Assembly (NCBI GenBank): GCA_964016885.1
Contig: OZ024744.1
Span: 59,830,001 to 59,894,000 of the forward strand
DNA: 64,000 nt
Source of the DNA: Eledone cirrhosa
Taxonomy: Eukaryota
Direction of reading: 5' to 3'
The position numbers and the translations under genes were made by a program. The notes under the pieces were generated by a model, which saw only the letters and a program-made list of their open reading frames with translations, ran no database searches and had not been told where the DNA came from. Below are positions 39,933 to 52,014 of this stretch, piece by piece (position 1 is the stretch's first letter; each line of letters opens with the position of its first letter).

Positions 39933-40922
39933 TCAGTCCGGAGCCTTGTAGTTATGCAATAGGTGTTTGGCGACGCGTGGACAATGTGTGAAAAATTCAC
40001 TTCTCGTGTTTAGGCAATCACTATTGCGTAATCTCTTTAGGATAGTTATCCGTTTGTCAATACATAAGCCACACGTCGGATTTCCCCTTGCGTATGGCTT
40101 GGACTTAATGATGGCTTTCCATTGAATGGAGTAGTCTATACTTGAATCCTTGAGGGACCATACGTGGCTCGCAATTTTCGTGGATGAACGTCTGTCCGGG
40201 TACCTGAAGGTAGACTGGTGGTTCAGGAAACGTTCCTTGAATTGGCCCTCCGCCATACCCACATAGGATTTGACCTGTGGTTCGTTTGGTCGGTTGGAAG
40301 TGACCACAGCTTCATAGATTACAGCTGGTGTGTTGCATTGCTGTTGAAGGGGGTAAGCTTCAGGCTTACGGCAAGAGCACCCTGGTAGGATGCTGCTCCT
40401 AGGGCTGCTGGAGATGTGGGCCTGCATGTTCTTAGCTCAGGAGTATCCTAGTTTAACTTTGTGTCGGTTAAAGATGGAGCGGTATTTATGAACTATGGGG
40501 AAGTGTCTATCTAAGAGGTCTAGAAATTTTTTTTCTACATTGGTTTTAACGTTGAGTGAGAAGGGAGGAGAGAACCAGATAGTTTGTCTATTGTTGCGCT
40601 TACTTTTCTTAATGGTGTTGTTGCTAGTGGGAGAGTAGGTGATAGGTTGCGAGAAGCAGCTGTTAGCCAACGCCGTGTTATAGTAGGGTGCCGCCCTGTC
40701 AAAGATAGCCTTATTAGAGGAGAGGTTTGAGATTCTAGTACTGATATTGTTAACGAAGTTAAGTGGGAGGGTGGCATGAGGGTGGCATCAGTCCTTGTGA
40801 ATGTAATTAAGTTTCTCGTTTAGCTTACGGAAGGGTCTGTGGGGGTGTGTGCGAAGGTCTAAATTAATGTCTAAGAAATCTACGCTAGAGAGGTTGGTAG
40901 CTCCTGTTATCCTAAGTCCTCG
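39933..40922 (-). mobile_element. Penelope-like element fragment, Naiad-like (RT thumb, linker, GIY-YIG)
   Basis: [33 protein letters not shown], CSCxxxxx(Y)PL, VIYEA..YVGMAEGQFKERF, CGLC..LNTRSEF..C; one frame with two TGA codons. Confidence 0.88.
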
Positions 40923-40967
40923 GACTGAGTGCTCTACCACTACGGATATTACCTTCCAGTGTTCCAC

Positions 40968-42095
<1,128 letters not shown>

Positions 42096-42120
42096 TATAC
42101 ATAAATATATATATATATAT

Positions 42121-44912
42121 AAGAGAGTATTGAAGTTTGCTTGAAGCATTGTGGAATAATAGGCAAATATCTTTAAGTCGTTTGGAAGCCTCGACAATGC
42201 AAATGGGTAAATCTCCGGGTAACAAGATCCGGTGGTGGAGAGAGAGATGTAAGTGGGTGTACGTTGAGATGCGTGGTGTGTATAAAACGTGTAGAGGAAT
42301 GAAGGAAAGAGTATAAAGGATAAAATAAAAATAACAACATGAGAGAGAGTTACCTTAGGAGAGATTTAATTGTCTCTATATATTTCGGATTCACATCCAT
42401 CTTAACAACCGCCACCGCCGCATCCACCAACACCGAGCCACACCTCAACGATGCGACGCACCTGGTCACCGACCTAACCGACACTCTCACGAGCGACGAG
42501 CTGAAACTCCTACACCTCGGACCCAAGTTCATCGTCTCACAACGTCTCGACGACAGACTCAAACTCAACATCGAGGCCAACTTTTGTCGAGCCGCTTACC
42601 AACTTAAATGGGTGACCGCCATCAACAGCGCCACAGAAAATAACAGCGCCCACTCAACCCACCCCAAGTTCCCCACTTATCACCCCGACAACCCACTCCA
42701 CCCCCCACCCACCAACCACGAACTCGACACTAAACTCATCAGGCTAAAACACTCCATCTCGGATATACTTCACAAACACACACACACACACGCACAGCAC
42801 ATAACCTCACCAAATCTCAACTCACCACTCTCTCCAACCTTCTACCATCTCGTGAAAACACACAAACAGGGACCCGACCTGAAGATCAGGCCCATTGTAT
42901 CGAGCGTGGAGGGACCACTCTACAAAATTTCATGGCTCCTAGCCAGAATACTCAAACCCATCTTAGACACCTTGCCGGGACACGTTAACAGCTCCGAGGA
43001 GGTGTTGAAGCGCCTGCATCAAATGGATCCCGACACCAGAAGGAATAACAGATATGCCTTCAGCCTTGATGTAGTCGCTCTCTACACCTCGGTCCCGGCT
43101 CTCCCGGCTGTCAATATACTGATGGAACGCGTCCAATCCACCGACCTACACTGCTTCGGGCTCACCACCACTGACATCCACCAACTCCTATCCATCGTCG
43201 TCGACAACACCTACTTCGGATTCCTTGACCAAACATACCAACAAACCTCGGGATTGCCCATGGGATCAAGCCTGTCGGGTGTGCTAGCGATCTCTTACAA
43301 GGACAACCTCGAGCGCAAGGCACTCAACGCCTGCCACCCCAACGCCGTAGCCTTTTTCTCAAGGTACGTGGACGATATCCTCATCCTCATATCTTCCCAA
43401 GACACGGCGAACAGAATCTATGAGACGTTCAACAACACGGACGAGAACATAGACTTCAGTGTTGAACACCCCAACGAAGACGGGTCACTTGCCCTCCTCA
43501 ACTTCCGAATCAACATCACGGAACAGGGAAGGATCCACTGAAACTTCTACCGAAAGGCAGCCTGCAGGCACCTGTTCGTTCACTACAAGTCCGCCCTCCC
43601 TAACAGTGCCAAAAGAGGATACATCACGAACGAGATCGCGCGAATCAAAAACAGATGCAGCGATCCCGCGAGCGGTGTCACTCATACCAAGCGATTCCTC
43701 GAGGTGCTGGAGAGGAACGGGTACCCTACCTCGCTCACAGACAGAGTAGGAGACACCAGACACAAGAGACAGAGAGGCACCCAAGGCAAGTGCTTCCTTA
43801 AAATGCCACACCTGGGCGAGAATACCACCAACGCTATCCGCAAGGCTATACGGAGGGAGGGCCTCGACATCCACCTGGCCCACTCGGGCCCCTCCCTGCG
43901 AAGAAGCCTCTCCAGGAAACCCGGGAAATCTACTGACGCGTGCTCCCTCAGAGACTGCCCGATACGCCATGCGAACTGTTGCCTACGCACATACGTCGTG
44001 TATAAGATAGAATGTGACAGGTGCAACCAATACTACATAGGTAGCACAATCCGACCTTTGCACATCCGGATCAAGGAACACACTAAAACCAGGACCTCGT
44101 CTTTCCGGAAACACATAGAAAAATGCGGAAACAAAGACGGAACGCCCATTGTCACAATTCTAGCGACTGAAAGAAACGTCGGCACGTTACGTATCAAGGA
44201 AGCGCTTTTTATCAAACGCCTGGCACCGCAAATAAACAATCGATCCGAGAGAAGCGAAATGAAGTGGCTGGTTTAAGTTAACAAATGATGCAGCAACACA
44301 CTCACACACACACACAAACGAGACAACTACACACGCACACGCACACGCACACAGTAGCATTCCACCATACGAACATACTACACTGCCAATACAGAGGGAC
44401 AAGGCAACAACACACGCACACACACACTCAAGCGAGACAACAACACACGCACACACACACGCAATAACATTTAACAAACAGGCAGAGAATGGACTGACAG
44501 CTAGCGCCACCCCACTCCCTCATTCGGCCGCTGACCTCTGCCCGACCGACCCCATTTCACGCGCACGCGCACTCTGCTGAATACCTCAGATATTCAAAAC
44601 AACAAACAGCGGAGGACGCGTTTCGCACCTTTCCGACAGACAACCTTTCCCCTACCCCGGAAAAAACCCCCAGTTGATGGATGTGAATCCGAAATATATA
44701 AGGACAATTAAATCTCTCCCAAGGTAACTCTCTCTCATGTTGTTATTTTTATTTTATCCTTTATACTCTTTACTTCATTCCTCTACACGTCTTATACACA
44801 CCACGCATCTCAACGTACACCCACTTACATCTCTCTCTCCACCACCGGATCTTGTTACCCGGAGATTTACCCATTTGCATTGTCGAGGCTTCCAAACGAC
44901 TTAAAGATATTT
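42121..44912 (+). mobile_element. Penelope-like element with inverted 5' pseudo-LTR
   Basis: ~237-bp inverted arms 42165-42401 and 44676-44912 around an RT-GIY-YIG ORF; flanked by (TA)n. Confidence 0.92.
42402..44276 (+). pseudogene. PLE reverse transcriptase plus GIY-YIG endonuclease, 5'-truncated, one in-frame stop
   Basis: IRPIVSS, FSLDVVALYTSVP, GLPMGSSLS, RYVDDIL, TGA at 43539, FYRK, NGYP, VVYKIECDRCNQYYIGST..RIKEH. Confidence 0.92.
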
Positions 44913-45035
44913 ACATATATATATATATTATTAGAAATGTAAGCTATCGCCGTATTTTGACTAAAGAAATTAAAGAAATTATTTAGCCTGATAGTGGGGT
45001 TAAGAACCCTCGGAGAAATGGAAAAAGATGAGTAT

Positions 45036-45106
45036 TGACGTACATGGGAGCCGAACCACATCTTTGGTTATCCGGACCACTGTGGTACCATTTACACCAA
45101 CACATC
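45036..45106 (-). ncRNA. tRNA-like Pol III unit, second (mutated) copy
   Basis: Reverse complement of 45458-45529 with T-arm changes. Confidence 0.5.
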
Positions 45107-45457
45107 ACCCGTCTTTTTCCATTCAAATTAGAAGCTATAAACTTAGTGACTGTAATGTCAAGTAAGAATATTTTCGAAACAGCGAGTGGGTTTGAAATTA
45201 TTAGAAATGTAAGCTATCGCCGTATTTTGACTAAAGAAATTAAAGAAATTATTTAGCCTGATAGTGGGGTTAAGAACCCTCGGAGAAAAGGAAAAGGATG
45301 AGAATTGACGTACATGGGAGTCGAATTCTTTAGTCAAAATACGGCGATAGCTTACATTTCTAATAATTTCAAACCCACTCGCTGTTTCGAAAATATTCTT
45401 ACTTGACATTACAGTCGCTAAGTTTATAGCTTCTAATTTGAATGGAAAAAGACGGGT

Positions 45458-45529
45458 GATGTGTTGGTGTAAATGGTACCACAGTGGTCCGGATAACCAA
45501 AGAAGTGGGTTCGACTCCCATGTACGTCA
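45458..45529 (+). ncRNA. tRNA-like Pol III unit (72 nt), non-canonical anticodon loop
   Basis: A box TGGTGTAAATGG, B box GGTTCGACTCC, 7-bp acceptor stem with 3 GU pairs, T stem gtggg/cccat, loop CCGGATA, TTTTT at 45539-45543. Confidence 0.6.
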
Positions 45530-45720
45530 ATACTCATCTTTTTCCATTTCTCCGAGGGTTCTTAACCCCACTATCAGGCTAAATAATTTCTTTAGTCAAA
45601 ATACGGCGATAGTTTACATTTCTAATAATTTCAAACCCACTCGCTGCTTCGAAAATATTCTTATATATATATATATATATGAACATCCCAGTGATAAAAT
45701 TTGCTCCGGACATAACACCT

Positions 45721-45809
45721 GTGTCTGAAAGAACCCGCAGAAGTAGAATCAGCCAGATCCATACAAGGACCTTGACTCGAGCTACATGCCGGCGAAACAT
45801 TTGTAACAC
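45721..45809 (+). ncRNA. Hammerhead-like motif with long stem II, family E
   Basis: gtgt CTGAAAGA ...gccggc GAAAC attt GTA acac, then AATAAA; diverged direct copy at 46258-46345. Confidence 0.5.
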
Positions 45810-45937
45810 GAAATAAACTAAGTCCAGATTCATCACTGATTTTTCGTTTTCTTTATAATATCTACACTCTACTTTGATGAATATCGAGTGCTAATTTTGG
45901 CATACCGTCTACGGAAGCACCATAGCTACCACTATAC

Positions 45938-46015
<78 letters not shown>

Positions 46016-46257
46016 ATATATGTATGTATGTGGGTATATGTGTTTATGTGTGTGTGAGTGGACTTGTGAAATACCAAACCCAGCATGAATTCATTGAAGC
46101 GTGTCAAGCGGAGGGTAGCTGATGGACAGTATGACAGCAACTATTGGCCAAAATATATGATGACGTAGGAAAACAACACCCAATAGTAGGACAAGCGAGG
46201 AAGATATTTTTTGACGTTAACACCCCAGTGAGAAAATTTGTTCCAAAATTATTGCCA

Positions 46258-46345
46258 ATGTCCGACGAATCTGCAGTTTCAGAATCAGACAGATCCATAC
46301 AATGATCGTGTCTCGAGCTGTCTGCCGGCGAAACAATTGTAACAC
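46258..46345 (+). ncRNA. Hammerhead-like motif, family E copy 2
   Basis: atgt CCGACGA ...gccggc GAAAC aatt GTA acac, then AATAAA. Confidence 0.45.
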
Positions 46346-46412
46346 ACAATAAATTGAGTCCAGATGCATCACTGACTTTTCGTTTTATGTTATATATATA
46401 TATATATATATA

Positions 46413-46797
46413 TCGTTTCTGAATTTGTTTAGCAAGATTCTTTATCTGAAATCGTGTGTTGAAACCGATATTGTTATACTTTGGGAGGGTCATGTTGCCA
46501 ATAAGAAACACACGCACCAGTTGCTTTCACTTCAATTTAATTTATTATATATTTATAAATTTACAAATTTATAAATTTCTGGTTGGTTGGTTCCACAACC
46601 AGATAGTTGTTTATATATATATATAGTCATATATATATATATATATAAAAACAACTATCTGGTTGTGGAACCAACCAACCAACCAGAAATTTATAAATTT
46701 GTAAATTTATAAATATATAATAAATTAAATTGAAGTGAAAGCAACTGGTGCGTGTGTTTCTTATTGGCAACATGACCCTCCCAAAGTATAACAATAT
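46413..46797. repeat. Inverted pair of family C pseudo-LTR-like repeats around (TA)n
   Basis: 46468-46612 versus 46649-46797; same family at 54373-54558 and 58520-58760. Confidence 0.85.
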
Positions 46798-46895
46798 ATA
46801 TATATATATATATATAAATGGAATAGAATGAAACGAAATTTCATTTCTCACTCTTAGTACGGCACTTACTTACATACGTACATACATACATACTT

Positions 46896-46949
<54 letters not shown>

Positions 46950-47022
46950 GCATACACACACACATACAGACATATATATATATATATGTGAGAAAAACCA
47001 CAGACCCTCCATCTCAACTCTA

Positions 47023-47057
47023 CTTTGAAAAGCAGAAGAACTGCGAAACCGGTAAAG
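47023..47057 (+). ncRNA. Minimal hammerhead U3-A8 variant, family G copy 2
   Basis: ct TTGAAAA gcag-aagaa-ctgc GAAA ccgg TA aag. Confidence 0.6.
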
Positions 47058-47126
47058 GAACCAAATAAATATATATATATATTTAAAAATAAGACTCCAG
47101 TTGCATTTTCGATTTCATCTTTTTTT

Positions 47127-47220
<94 letters not shown>

Positions 47221-47317
47221 CCTTTGTTTTCTTACTATTTTAACACAAAAACAGTACTGAAAAACAATATCAGAGAAAATACACTTTCAGCGATAATTTT
47301 ATTTTATTTTGTTCTAT

Positions 47318-48346
47318 TTTGGTGGTGGTCGAGGTCTTGGTCGTGATGGTTGTGGTGGTGGTCGAGTTCGAGCTCGTGATGGTGGTGGTGGTGGTCGAGG
47401 TCGGGGTCGTGATAGTGGTGGTGGTGGTCGAGGTCGGTGTCGTGATGGTTGTGGTGGTGGTCGAGGTTGGGCTCGTGATGGTGGTGGTCGAGGTCGGGGT
47501 CGTGATGGTTGTGGTGGTGGTCGGGTCGGGATCGTGATGGTGGTGGTCGAGGTCGGGGTCGTGATGGTTGTGGTGGTGGTCGGGGTCGGGATCGTGATGG
47601 TCGTGGTGGTGGTCGAGGTCGGGGTCGTGATGGTGGTGGTGGTGGTGGTCTAGGTCGGGGTCGTGAAGGTTGTGGTGGTGGTCGAAGTCGGGCTCGTGAT
47701 GGTGATGGTGGTAGTCGAGTTCGAGCTCGTGATGGTGATGGTGGTAGTCGAGGCCGGGGTCGTGATGGTTGTGGTGGTGGTCGAGGTCGGGGTCGTGATG
47801 GTTGTGGTGGTGGTAGAGGTCGGGGTCGTGATGGTGGTGGTGGTGGTGGGCTGGGGTGCGGTGCGGTGGGCTGGGGGGTCGAGGTCGGGGTCGTGATGGT
47901 GGTTGTGGTGGTCGAGGTCGGGGTCGTGATGGTGGTTGTGGTGGTCGAGGTCGGGGTCATGATGGTGGTGGTGGTCGGGCTCGTGATGGTTGTGGTGGTG
48001 ACTGAGGTCGGGGTCGTGATGGTTGTGGTGGTGGTCGAGGTCGGGGTCGTGATGGCGGTGGTGGTGGTCGAGGTCGTGATGGTGGTGGTGGTGGTCGACG
48101 TCGGGGTCGTAATGGTTGAGGTGGTGGTTGAGGTCGGGCTGGTGGTGGCGGTGGTGTTGGTCGAGGTCGGGGTCGTGATGGTGGTGGTGGTGGTTGAGGT
48201 CGGGGTCGTGATGGTGGTGGTGGTGGTTGGAGTCGGGGTCATGATGATGGTGGTGGTGTTGGTGGTCGGAGTCGGGGCCGTGATGGTGGTAATGGTGGTT
48301 GAGGTCGGGGTCGGTGTCGGGTTCATGATGGTGGTGGTGGTGGTTG
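47318..48346 (+). repeat. ~33-bp G-rich minisatellite (ggtcgaggtcggggtcgtgatggttgtggtggt)n
   Basis: About 30 variant copies; open in several frames because of composition. Confidence 0.92.
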
Positions 48347-49300
48347 AAGAAGTTCCATAACCAAACGAAACTTTGGATTAATTTCAGTGAAAGTAATGAA
48401 TGAAAGGAAGAAAAATACAAAAAAAAAGGAAAAAAAAAGAAAGAAGACTAAATAAATGAATAAATAAAAGAGCAAAATACACAACAATAAAACTAAAAGC
48501 AAAGAAGGAAAGGCAATAGTAAAAACGATAAAAACATTTTTCTGGGCACCCCACCCCCATCCCATATATATATATATATCAATAATATTAATAAATAGAA
48601 ATAAATGGAAACTATCTTTATAAAACCTTATTTAGTTTATTAAATATATTTCAAGGGTACCAAGATCATTTAATTAATAGATCTATTAATTAAGAACCGA
48701 CTGGATACGGTTTATAGCTTGATTATATGCTGAACCACCGCGAATTATACGATAGACAAGTGTTCTCTATATATATTGCGCCTCATGGATTATGTGATTG
48801 GTGGTGTGAGCGAAGACAGTGGTACGGCTTTGCCTACGATACAATAAGGTTTATAGTATGTGGAAAGTTTTTGATATTTTGGTGTTTCCCTGCATCCGAG
48901 ACTGTATATCATACAGATGTATGAGAATAAATGACTTAATAATCCAGCCCACATAATAAGATCGATTGCCTGCTTCAACTGCCTGACCCTGCAAATATCA
49001 TTCTGACGCACTCTAATCATGTATAAATAAGACACGCGTGCATGCTACACGTGAGACTGTTTCATACACTGACTACTCTAAACTTTCCCCTTGCTTTATC
49101 TTCATAGACTGCCAACGCTTCATGTTTATCTTTATTTTCATTCTTGTTTTTATTTTATTTTTATCCTGTAACCTTTATATGTAAATTGCCATGCTATATC
49201 ATTTGATGAATGTCACCCCACTGTTGATCAATATGCGCATATGTTTTATGTGTCTCTTGGGTTGAAAAGGAGGTCAAGTATGTTATAGATCAGTAAATAG

Positions 49301-49349
49301 TTGGTCCGAAGAATCCAAACCTCGGTTTGGAGGAAACAATTGTAAGCAA
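49301..49349 (+). ncRNA. Minimal hammerhead-like motif (U4C)
   Basis: ttggt CCGAAGA a-tccaaacc-tc-ggtttgga-g GAAAC aatt GTA agcaa, then ataaa. Confidence 0.6.
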
Positions 49350-49609
49350 ATAAATGACTTAAACTGAACTTTGATTATTGTAATCTCTATATATATATAT
49401 ATATAAATTTTATTTATATATATATGGTTTTCTCGTTGTTTTGGTTCATGTGGCTGCGGCACCGGTGGCAGTCTTCAATTTATCAAGTTATCTAACGTAT
49501 GTTATTACTCTAAGGTGACACAACCTTATCGTGTGCTCTGTTGCACATTCCTGATTGTATATCATTAGCTTGGCCACAGCCAAAACTTCGATTTTACTAA
49601 ACATCCATT

Positions 49610-49815
<206 letters not shown>

Positions 49816-49843
49816 ACAAAGGCACTTTCATTTTATATTCATC

Positions 49844-49875
<32 letters not shown>

Positions 49876-49878
<3 letters not shown>

Positions 49879-50095
49879 GGCGTGTGGTTGAGTGGTTTGA
49901 GAATTGTATTCACAATCTTGAGGTTGTGAGTTCGATTCCTGGACCGTGGGATGCGTTATGTCCTTGAGCAAGACACTTTATTTCACGTTGCTCCTTCTAC
50001 ATGGAGTTGCGACTGATAGATAGTACTTGCAACTGGAAAGACCGACGGAAACATTGTTTCCTCGGTCCGATTTGACGAAAGTCGACCGATCCTTT
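49876..50095 (+). mobile_element. tRNA-derived SINE
   Basis: tggttgagtgg A box, gagttcgattcc B box, tgtccttgagcaagacactttatttcac core. Confidence 0.8.
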
Positions 50096-50207
50096 ATATA
50101 TATAAATATATATATATATGTAAAAGTTCTATTTAAATTGTTGGGATACAACAAGCAAATATGTTTATAACTGATATAAAGCACTCAACAAATATTTGGA
50201 GTAAAAA

Positions 50208-50550
50208 TACGATATTAACAAATGGAAACTATATTTATAAAACCATATTTATTTCATTATACATATTTCATCGACACCAAGTTAAATTATGGTGTGCTTT
50301 CATCAGATAAAATATAATATAGATCAATTTTATAAATAAATATTGACATACCCTTAAAAAATGCAACCATTACTGGAGCTTCCAACAGTAATGGTTGCAT
50401 TTTTTAAGGGTATGTCAATATTTATTTATAAAACTGATCTATATTATATTTTATCTGATGAAAACACACTATAATTTAACTTGGTGTCCTTGAAATATGT
50501 ATAATGAAATAAATATGGTTTTATAAATATAGTTTCCATTTGTTAATATC

Positions 50551-50553
<3 letters not shown>
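50208..50553. mobile_element. Family A fold-back hairpin with an HHR in each arm
   Basis: ~168-bp arms, 10-nt loop 50376-50385; HHRs at 50250-50314 (-) and 50447-50511 (+). Confidence 0.88.
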
Positions 50554-50590
<37 letters not shown>

Positions 50591-50596
50591 GTTTAC

Positions 50597-50679
<83 letters not shown>

Positions 50680-50733
50680 GCAACGGGTCACTTTGTGGCT
50701 CAATGAAGAGTTAATAAATTAAATAATCAGAGC

Positions 50734-51108
50734 TATATATCATAAAACATGTCTATAGAATCACCAGATAAAATATATACCGTTTCCTCTCCCAATTAGC
50801 ATAATTAACCATATAAAAAATCAATTAGACCAAGCTATCACTTTTCTTCTAGTTTATTTTACACCTAATTCTGTTTAGTTGACTCTATATCTGGTCGATT
50901 TATACACGCTGTCGAAATGTTCGATAAATACTCCGTCGTAACCGCCGCGAAGGGCTGCTTTCAGTTATTTGTCGGAGATTTCTTCATAGGAACCTTTATT
51001 CTTATAGCTTGGTCTAATTGATTTTTTATATGGTTAATTATGCTAATTGGGAGAGGAAACGGTATATATTTTATCTGGTGATTCTATAGACATGTTTTAT
51101 GATATATA
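50734..51108. repeat. Inverted repeat, ~105-bp arms with 165-bp spacer
   Basis: 50734-50838 versus 51004-51108, essentially identical; ends in (TA)n. Confidence 0.9.
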
Positions 51109-51289
51109 TATATATATATATATATAAAGTATTTACGTATCGAGAGAGAGAGGAAAAAAGGAAGGATAGGTGATACATATACTTATTTGCCAAGTAGCGT
51201 ATGCCAAAGGTGCTCAATACTAGTGCCGGCAGTATTAAATATTCGAAGTGTTAATATTTAGTGGGCTAGAGAGTTAGCAGAGCGTAAGC

Positions 51290-51633
51290 ACGTGGAAAAG
51301 TAAGAAATCGGAGAATAGACCGTTAAAACATGTTTATTTAAAACAGCACCTACGTACGTTTCGACCAGTTGGGCTTGTCAAGGGCATAAATAACCAAAAG
51401 TGTTCCTTACATTGCTCGGAAAGAGTTTTGGGGGTTAACCTTAGAGTTAACATTACGTTCTGGGTTATAACATTACGTTTTGGGTTAACCCCCAAAACTC
51501 TTTCCGAGCAATGTAAGGAACACTTTTGGTTATTTATGCCCTTCACAAGCCCAACTGGGCGAAACGTACGTAGGTGCTGTTTTAAATAAACATATTTTAA
51601 CGGTCTATTCTCCGATTTCTTACTTTTCCACGT
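51290..51633. mobile_element. Family B fold-back hairpin with a U3-A8 HHR motif in each arm
   Basis: Arms 51290-51440 and 51483-51633; gccc TTGACAA gcccaactggtc GAAA cgtacg TA ggtgc at 51346-51385 (-), mutated copy at 51538-51577 (+). Confidence 0.85.
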
Positions 51634-51957
51634 ATATATATATATGGATTTTGTCGATTTCGGATTTACAGAAACCTAGCGGAGATATTATATATTATAT
51701 GTGATGTATATTATATGGTATATATTATGTGTTATATGTTATGTATGGTATCGACGCGACGGTGCAGGTTTGTCATATTTTATCCTGAGTTCAGTCTTTT
51801 TCGTCGCTTTGGTCACTGCGGCTCATCTATCGGTCGCTGTCTTCAATTTGCAAAGCTATCTGAACATAATGTTATAACTCTATTGAGTGCTTAGCTGCAC
51901 ACCGAGACTGCATTCGTTAGTTGGCTGCAACCAGAGTTCGATAATGCTGTACTAAAT

Positions 51958-52014
<57 letters not shown>

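Larger units (their letters stand above)
44927..45663. repeat. 270-bp tandem repeat followed by an inverted copy
   Basis: attattagaaatg recurs at 44927 and 45197; orientation flips at gaattc 45323-45328. Confidence 0.9.

Noticed and set aside
43539-43541. In-frame TGA in the second PLE as selenocysteine
   Set aside because: The position before FYRK is not a conserved Cys; a simple nonsense mutation is more likely
45458-45529. Calling this a functional tRNA-Ser(GGA)
   Set aside because: No U33, mismatched anticodon-stem top, no long variable arm; kept only as tRNA-like
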